64,000 bases of DNA from assembly GCA_965208575.1 (NCBI GenBank), contig CBDBOV010000001.1, forward strand, positions 192,001 through 256,000, given 5' to 3'. Positions 57,875-64,000 of this stretch are shown here, piece after piece (within the stretch, counting starts at the first letter, position 1; each line of letters opens with the position of its first letter). The notes beneath the pieces were generated by a model. It did not search any database and was not told where the DNA came from. It was given only the letters and a program-made list of their open reading frames with translations. Both the position numbers and the translations under genes were made by a program. Source of the stretch: Spirochaetia bacterium (GTDB taxonomy: Bacteria > Spirochaetota > Spirochaetia > SZUA-6 > Bin103).

Positions 57875-59178
57875 GCATCGTGCGACGGGAACGTCCGCGG
57901 CGGGCGCGGCGGGCCGCGGCGGTGGTGCTGGCGGCACTGGCGGTGGCCGCGCTCGGCGCCGCGCCGCCGGCGGGCGCCCAGACGTTGCGCCAGGCCGTGC
58001 CGGCCACCCTGGAGATTCCCGACCACCCGCGCGTGCACTACTACGCGCGCACCTACTCGTCCGCCGCCTCCCGGCAGTGGCTGCTCGGGGTGGTGGATCG
58101 CGCAAGCTTCTTCGCCCACCATATTCTGGGCCAGCTCGACGAGCACGGCATGCCGCCCGAGTTGCTATTTCTGCCCGGCATCGAGTCGGGGTTTTTCAGC
58201 GGCGCCACCTCGCCGGCGGGCGCGGTCGGGCTGTGGCAGCTCATGGGCAGCACGGCGCGCCACTACGGCCTGATTACCGACGAACTGGTCGACGAGCGGC
58301 GCGATTTCTGGAAAGCCACCGACGTCGCGTTGCGCGTGCTGAAGTGGAACTACGCGCAGCTCGGCAACTGGGAACTGGCGCTGGCCGCCTACAACGCCGG
58401 CCTGGGGCGGGTGTCCAGCACGGTGAAGTATGGCGGCACCAGCAACTACTGGGAGCTGCAGCGGCGCGGTCTGCTGCCGCGCGAGACGAGCGAGTTCGTG
58501 CCGCGCTACTTCGGGCTGCTGCTGGCGCTGCGCAACCTGCCGGCGGACCAGTGGCCGCGGCTGGACGCGCTGCATCGGTGGCGCCGGGTGCCGGTGCCGC
58601 TCGGCGGTATCGAACTGCGTCAACTGGGCCAGGTCGCCGGCGTGCCGCGCGGCGTGCTGGAGCGCGCCAACGCCGAGTTGCGCTACGGCCTGACGCCGGT
58701 GCGCAGCGGCGCCAACGCACACCAGATAAAGGTGCCGGCGCACTTCTACGAGCGGCTCACGGACGTGATCGCCTCCGGCGCCGACCTGATCCGGTTCCAT
58801 CGCCACACGGTGCGCACCGGCGATACGATCTCCGAGCTGGCCGAGGCGTACCAGGTGACCCAGGCGCTGATTCGCGAGTACAACCGGGGCGTGAACCCGC
58901 GGCGGCTGCAGATCGGCGCGTCGCTGCACATCCCGCTGCTCGAGGGTGTGGACCCGGCCGACCTGACCGTGCCCGCGCCGCGCGACCTGCGCACGTTCAC
59001 GGCGCAATACCAGGTGGCGAGCGGCGACTCGTTGTGGAAGATCGCGCAACAGCACGACACCACCATCGAGTCGCTGGTATGGCACAACGACCTGGCGGCC
59101 GGCAGCACGCTGCACCCCGGACAGGTGCTGCGCGTGCCGTATCGGTGGGCTCCAGCGGACGATTCGGGATTCGTGTGA
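57871..59178 (+). CDS. MltD-like lytic transglycosylase with two LysM domains
   Basis: LP.IESGF...A.S.AGA.GLWQ.M, LALAAYNAG, LP.ET..FVP; HTVRTGDTISELA and YQVASGDSLWKIA. Confidence 0.92.
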   Translation: MSIVRRERPRRARRAAAVVLAALAVAALGAAPPAGAQTLRQAVPATLEIPDHPRVHYYARTYSSAASRQWLLGVVDRASFFAHHILGQLDEHGMPPELLFLPGIESGFFSGATSPAGAVGLWQLMGSTARHYGLITDELVDERRDFWKATDVALRVLKWNYAQLGNWELALAAYNAGLGRVSSTVKYGGTSNYWELQRRGLLPRETSEFVPRYFGLLLALRNLPADQWPRLDALHRWRRVPVPLGGIELRQLGQVAGVPRGVLERANAELRYGLTPVRSGANAHQIKVPAHFYERLTDVIASGADLIRFHRHTVRTGDTISELAEAYQVTQALIREYNRGVNPRRLQIGASLHIPLLEGVDPADLTVPAPRDLRTFTAQYQVASGDSLWKIAQQHDTTIESLVWHNDLAAGSTLHPGQVLRVPYRWAPADDSGFV

Positions 59179-61352
59179 CCCTGCGCCGCGCGTTGGGAAC
59201 TTTCGCCGGCGGCGTGGCGATTGCGCTGGCGCTGGTTTCGTGCGGCGCACGCCCGCTCGGCACCGGGGTGATACTGTGGAGCGACGGCGGTCCGCTGGCC
59301 ACCGGCGCCACGGTCGAGGTGGTGGAGGAGTCGACCATCGAGGACCGCTACCTGGTGCGCGCCGCCGCGGCCGACCGGGGCGCGGAGCCGCTGCCGGTAG
59401 CGCCGCGCTGGCGCGTGCGGATGTTTGCCGAGCCGGAGCAGGCGGCGGAGTTTGCCGCCCGGTTTGCCGAGTTCGTGGACGTGTACGCGTACGCGGTGCG
59501 CCGCGGCCTGCCGGTGCGGGCCGAGGCGTCTGCCACCGCCGGCATCGTCTACAAGCTGCGCGAACAGGAAGTGATCAAGGTGATCGCGCGCGGCGCGGAG
59601 CCGGAGCAGGTGGGCTCGTTCGAGAACTACTGGTACCGCGTGCTGACCGAGGACGGCACCGAGGGGTACACGTTCGGGGAGTTCCTGCCGGTGTTCGAGT
59701 CGTTCGGTGATCCGCACGCCGAGGCGGCGCGGCTGCAGGCCGACGACCCGGACCTGGAGCGGGTGCTGCGCACGGCGTGGCGGCCCGAGGAGTTCCTGTC
59801 GATGGTGAACCGCCGCCGCTTCGACCTGCTGCGCCTGCGCCCGGAGTACGGGCTGTTCCCGGATCCGGAGGCGGGGGTGTTCCGGCTGGTTACGGCGCAG
59901 CGGGAGCGCGAGTTCCCGTACCGGGCGGTGGAGCGGGTGGGCGACGGGCGCTACGTGCTGGCCACGGCAGGCGGCGACGGCAGCCCGGCGCGCTTTACGC
60001 TGCGCGGCAACGGGGCGCTGGCGTTCTCGTACGTGGACGAGGGCCGGCTGATGACCGAGGTGTTCGTGGACCTGCAGCAGGAGGTGGAGGAGCTGATCGC
60101 CGGCGAGCGCGCGCGGCGCGAGCGGCTGTTCGCGGCCCTGCTGGAGCGCGGTCCGCTGCTGCGCAGCGGCGGCTACGGCACCATCGAGCTGACCGCGGAG
60201 GGCCGTTTCCGCTGGCAGGGGTACGAGGCGCTGGTGCCGCGCTGGGTGCCGGACCGGCTGCCCGGCACCGGGGTGGTGGATTTCCGCTACGCCCTCGGCG
60301 CGCCGCTGCGCGGCGGCTACGACACGGTGGTGACGCTGCTGTTCGACGGCCGCGCGCGCACCGCCGGCGCCGCTGCACCGGGCGGCGGGCCGCCGGGCTC
60401 CGTCGTCGCGGGCGCCGCATCGGCTGGTCCCGCGGCGGGCGCCGCCGCCGGCACGCGGGACGCGACCGGCACCGGCAGCGTTGACCCGGTCTCGGGTGCC
60501 GGCGGCGCGGGCCTGGCGGGTGCGGGGGCGGATGCGGGCGGTGTCCGCGCGGCGCAGCCCGGTAGCGGCGTTGCGGGTGCGGGCGCCGGCGCCGGGCAGA
60601 CCAGCGGAGCGGCGGGCTTGGCCGCCGGCGCAGGAGAGGCGGACGCTGGCGCCGCGGCGGGCGCGGGCAACGGAGCGGCGCGTACCGGGCCGGCGGACAA
60701 CGGCACCGGCGCGGCACAGACGAGCCGGACAGGCACCGGGGCGGCGTCCGCGCCGGCAGGCGAGACCGGTGCGGCGGGCGCCGGCGGGGAGGATGCGGGC
60801 GCGGGCGCGGGAGAGGCGGGCGCCGGGGGCGCGGGCAATGGCGCCGCGCGTGCAGGGCCGGCAGACAGCGGCGCGGGCGCGGGAGACTCGGACGCCGGCG
60901 CCGGGCGCGCCGACAGTGGCGTCGTGCGTGCAGGGCCGGCGGACAGCGGCGCCGACACGGCGGAGACGGGCCGGGCCGGTACCGGGGCGGCGGTCGGGCC
61001 GGGAGGAGGCGAGACGGTTGCGGCGGGCGCGGCACCGGCGGACAGCGGCGCGGGGGATGCGGGCGCGGATGGCGCCGGCAGGGATGCCGCCGGCACGACG
61101 GCGGCCGCAGCCCTGGCCGGTGCTGCCGACGAAGCTGGCGGCGAGGCGGGCAGCGAGCCGGCGGAGCCGGACGAGCCGGAGTACATGCGGGCGACGCCGT
61201 GGGCGGCGGAGTTGACCCTGCTGGTCAGCTATGACGGCGGCGGCGTCCGGCTGACGCCCGCGGAGCCGGCCGCGGCGGCGCGGGAAGTGCGGCAGGTCGA
61301 CCGCTCCGCCGTCGTGATGTACTTCGCCTCGTCGAGCGCGGACGGCCGCTGA
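59175..61352 (+). CDS. SH3-domain lipoprotein with a ~280-aa Gly/Ala low-complexity insertion
   Basis: Lipobox LVSC; GLPVR......IVYKLRE..VIKV....WYRVLTEDGTEGY.FG. Confidence 0.8.
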   Translation: MTLRRALGTFAGGVAIALALVSCGARPLGTGVILWSDGGPLATGATVEVVEESTIEDRYLVRAAAADRGAEPLPVAPRWRVRMFAEPEQAAEFAARFAEFVDVYAYAVRRGLPVRAEASATAGIVYKLREQEVIKVIARGAEPEQVGSFENYWYRVLTEDGTEGYTFGEFLPVFESFGDPHAEAARLQADDPDLERVLRTAWRPEEFLSMVNRRRFDLLRLRPEYGLFPDPEAGVFRLVTAQREREFPYRAVERVGDGRYVLATAGGDGSPARFTLRGNGALAFSYVDEGRLMTEVFVDLQQEVEELIAGERARRERLFAALLERGPLLRSGGYGTIELTAEGRFRWQGYEALVPRWVPDRLPGTGVVDFRYALGAPLRGGYDTVVTLLFDGRARTAGAAAPGGGPPGSVVAGAASAGPAAGAAAGTRDATGTGSVDPVSGAGGAGLAGAGADAGGVRAAQPGSGVAGAGAGAGQTSGAAGLAAGAGEADAGAAAGAGNGAARTGPADNGTGAAQTSRTGTGAASAPAGETGAAGAGGEDAGAGAGEAGAGGAGNGAARAGPADSGAGAGDSDAGAGRADSGVVRAGPADSGADTAETGRAGTGAAVGPGGGETVAAGAAPADSGAGDAGADGAGRDAAGTTAAAALAGAADEAGGEAGSEPAEPDEPEYMRATPWAAELTLLVSYDGGGVRLTPAEPAAAAREVRQVDRSAVVMYFASSSADGR

Positions 61353-63523
61353 TGGTCACGCTCACCGAGATAGCCGTGGCGTACGGCGAGCAGGTGGTGC
61401 TCGACGACATCAGCCTCACCATCGACCGGGGCGCCCGCATTGCGCTGTGCGGCGCCAATGGCAGCGGCAAGTCGACGCTGATGCGGGTGATTGCCGGCCA
61501 GGCCAGCGCCGACAGCGGGCGGGTCATTGCCAGGCGCGGCGTCAGCATCGCCTACCTGGCGCAGTCGGGGGTGGAGCACGGCGGCCGCACGCTGCGCGAG
61601 GAACTGACGCTGGCGTTCACCCGCGAGCTGGCCGCCGAGCAGGAGCTGCGCCGCATCGAGGAACAGATGGCGGAAACCGGCGTGGGCGGCCGCGATAGCG
61701 CCGACGCCGGCGAGCTGGACCGGCTGCTCGCGCGCTACGGCGAACTCGGCGAACAGGTCGGCCCGGACGGCGCCGCCGACCGCGCCGCGCGCCTGGACCG
61801 CGTCAGCCGCGGCCTCGGCTTCGGCTCCCGCGACATGGACCAGGACACCGCCACCTTCTCCTCCGGCTGGCAGATGCGCATCGCGCTCGCCAGGCTGCTG
61901 CTGGAGGGCTCCGACCTGCTGTTGCTCGACGAGCCGTCCAACTACCTCGATCTCGAGGCGCGGCAGTGGCTGGAGCAGTACCTGCGCTCCTACCGCGGTG
62001 GCTACCTGCTGGTGGCGCACGACCGCATGCTGATGGATCGCACCTGCGACCAGGTGGCGGAGATCTACCGCGGCAAGCTGCGCATCTTCGCCGGCTCGTT
62101 CTCGCACTACCTGGTACGGCGCGAGGCGGAGCTGGAGCAGATGGCGGACGCCTACGAACGCCAGCAGGAGGAGATCGCACGCATGGAGGCGTTCGTACGC
62201 AAGTTCCGCGCCAACTCCTCCAAGGCGCGGCTGGTGCAGAGCCGCATCAAGCTGCTCGACCGGCTGGTGCGCCTGCAGCCGCCGCCGGTGCAGTCGCACA
62301 TCGCGTTCAGCTTCCCGCCGGCGCCGAAGGGGGGCCGGCGCGCGCTCAGCGCCTCCGCCCTGCGCCTCTCCTACGGCGAGCACGAGGTGATTCGCGACCT
62401 GGACCTGGAGCTGGACCGAGGCGACCGGCTCGCGCTGGTGGGCGAAAACGGGGTCGGCAAGTCCACCCTGATGCGCGCCCTGGCCGGCGCCGCGCCGGTC
62501 ACCGGCGGACAGGTAACGCTCGGCACCGGGGTGAGCACCGGCTACTATGCGCAGGATCGCGCCGAGCAGCTTACCGGCTCCGGCAGTGTGCTGGAGTACA
62601 TGGAGGCGGTGGCGCCCACCGACATGGTGCCGCGCGTGCGCAACCTGCTCGGCGCATTCCTGTTCAGCGGCGACGAGGTGTTCAAGCCGCTGTCGGTGCT
62701 CAGCGGCGGCGAGCGCAGCCGGGTGGCGCTGGTGCGCCTGCTGCTGGAGCCGGCCAACCTGCTGCTGCTCGACGAGCCGACCAGCCACCTGGACCTGAGC
62801 GCCATCAGCGTGCTGACACAGGCTCTGCGCAGCTTCGCCGGCACCCTGCTGTTCGCCTCCCACGACGAGTACTTCATCGAACAGCTCGCCACCAAGGTGC
62901 TGGAGGTGACGCGCGACCGCGTGCGCCTGTACCACGGCGGCTGGGACTACTACGCCTGGAAGCGCTCCGGCGAAGACGCCCCGGCGGCAGCCGGCGGCCC
63001 GCCGGACTCCGCGGCGCCCGGCGGACGCACCCAGGGGCCGGCGTCGACTGCGGCGCCGGGGAGCCGCTCAACGCCGTCAGCACCGGCCGCGGGTTCCGCA
63101 TCGGCCGCCGCACTGGCGTCGTCCGCCGCGATCGCCGAGCTGGCGGCGACCGGGGCCGGCGCCCGCGGCCGCGGCACCCCCCGACCGCGCGGCAAGGCGG
63201 CCCGCCGCACCCGCACGGGCCGTGCGCCGGCGGCGAAGCCGGCGCCGGCGGCAGACGAGAGCCGCCGCGGCAAGCGCGGCAAGGCCGGCAAGCCCCGCCA
63301 CCGCCGGCAGGACGCCGGCGCCGCCGTGCAGCGGCGCCAGCGGGAACTGCTGGACGAACTGGACCGCCTGCAGCGCGACGAACAGCGCCTGCAGGCCGAG
63401 CTCAGCGACCCCGCGGTCTACACCGACGGCGCCCGCGTGCGCGCATTGAAGCGCAAGCTCACCGCCAACAGCCGTGCCCAACAGCAAACCACCACCGCAT
63501 GGGAAGAGACGGAACAAGCGTAG
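61352..63523 (+). CDS. ABC-F family ATP-binding protein
   Basis: Two NBDs (GANGSGKST, FSSGWQMR, LLDEPSNYLD; GENGVGKST, LSGGERSR, LLDEPTSHLD), no TM segments, C-terminal coiled coil. Confidence 0.95.
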   Translation: MVTLTEIAVAYGEQVVLDDISLTIDRGARIALCGANGSGKSTLMRVIAGQASADSGRVIARRGVSIAYLAQSGVEHGGRTLREELTLAFTRELAAEQELRRIEEQMAETGVGGRDSADAGELDRLLARYGELGEQVGPDGAADRAARLDRVSRGLGFGSRDMDQDTATFSSGWQMRIALARLLLEGSDLLLLDEPSNYLDLEARQWLEQYLRSYRGGYLLVAHDRMLMDRTCDQVAEIYRGKLRIFAGSFSHYLVRREAELEQMADAYERQQEEIARMEAFVRKFRANSSKARLVQSRIKLLDRLVRLQPPPVQSHIAFSFPPAPKGGRRALSASALRLSYGEHEVIRDLDLELDRGDRLALVGENGVGKSTLMRALAGAAPVTGGQVTLGTGVSTGYYAQDRAEQLTGSGSVLEYMEAVAPTDMVPRVRNLLGAFLFSGDEVFKPLSVLSGGERSRVALVRLLLEPANLLLLDEPTSHLDLSAISVLTQALRSFAGTLLFASHDEYFIEQLATKVLEVTRDRVRLYHGGWDYYAWKRSGEDAPAAAGGPPDSAAPGGRTQGPASTAAPGSRSTPSAPAAGSASAAALASSAAIAELAATGAGARGRGTPRPRGKAARRTRTGRAPAAKPAPAADESRRGKRGKAGKPRHRRQDAGAAVQRRQRELLDELDRLQRDEQRLQAELSDPAVYTDGARVRALKRKLTANSRAQQQTTTAWEETEQA

Positions 63524-63716
63524 GCAACGGGATTCGAACCCGGCGTGGACGAATTCCAGGCCGTAGCATGCCGAGGCAAAGTGACGCGGCGGCACGGCGT
63601 GGCCGTACGTGGCGTAGGTACGCTACGTTGACCAAAGTCGTGCACACTCGTTAGAGTGGCAGTGAAATGCGATGTTCCGCTCGTAGCACCAAACAGCGGG
63701 CCGCTGGAGATGGACC

Positions 63717-64000
63717 ATGGATACATTGCGTCTCCACGATGAAGCGCTTCAGAGAGTCCGCGATATTGTCCGAGAGACTCTCGATGGACACTTCCACGGC
63801 AGACTCACTTTCCCGGTAGTTGACGCGACACGTGACCGGCACGACGACGAGGATCGGTATGTCTACATTACGATCGTGATGGATGGCAGCGTGGAGCAAT
63901 TCGGCGATGATGAAGAATGGGCGATCGGGTGGCTGCCAAATCTGCGAGACAAGCTCGTTGACTCCGGCGTTGACGCGTTTCCGTTGCCGTCGCTTATCGA
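63717..64000 (+). CDS. Small acidic hypothetical protein (3' partial), paralog of 14321-14704
   Basis: Manual translation MDTLRLHDEALQRVRDIVRETLDGHFHG...YVYITIVMDG...GWLPNLRDKLVDSGVDAFPLPSLI; absent from the ORF track because it has no stop in the window. Confidence 0.7.
   Translation, partial: MDTLRLHDEALQRVRDIVRETLDGHFHGRLTFPVVDATRDRHDDEDRYVYITIVMDGSVEQFGDDEEWAIGWLPNLRDKLVDSGVDAFPLPSLI

Noticed and set aside
63527-63543. gggttcgaatccc (minus strand) resembling a tRNA T-arm
   Set aside because: No acceptor stem, D-arm or anticodon arm could be built around it.

Overview
High-GC bacterial window. The trxA / lamin-tail lipoprotein / BamD-like / DUF4015 cluster and the TPR-MltD-SH3-ABC-F cluster suggest a Spirochaetota genome. 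The repetitive Ig autotransporter, AAA-PDDEXK, Rpn, DUF3782 and small coiled-coil genes resemble marine or sponge symbionts. Both assignments are inferences, not database-confirmed. Core genes: a complete trp operon (trpE, trpGD, trpCF, trpB, trpA) with a Trp3 leader peptide and attenuator, trxA, icd, an Ldh_2-family dehydrogenase, a P450, an MltD-like lytic transglycosylase and an ABC-F ATPase. Accessory content is dense. (i) Two lower-GC collagen-repeat lipoprotein genes share an identical 44-bp start and a conserved downstream box and flank a tyrosine recombinase plus a degenerate recombinase copy; this is the best candidate for an undescribed surface-variation system. (ii) A tandem array of three Ig/YfaP/M30-peptidase lipoproteins with small partner lipoproteins is interrupted by a DUF222-like HNH gene. 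(iii) A 3.8-kb transposon has double-repeat inverted ends and cargo between 64-bp direct repeats. (iv) Other items: an IS1634, a dispersed ~65-bp promoter/leader cassette in 3 copies, and many apparently leaderless genes. Several +1 frameshifts in A/T homopolymers may be sequencing errors. No CRISPR array, rRNA, complete tRNA or reverse transcriptase was seen.
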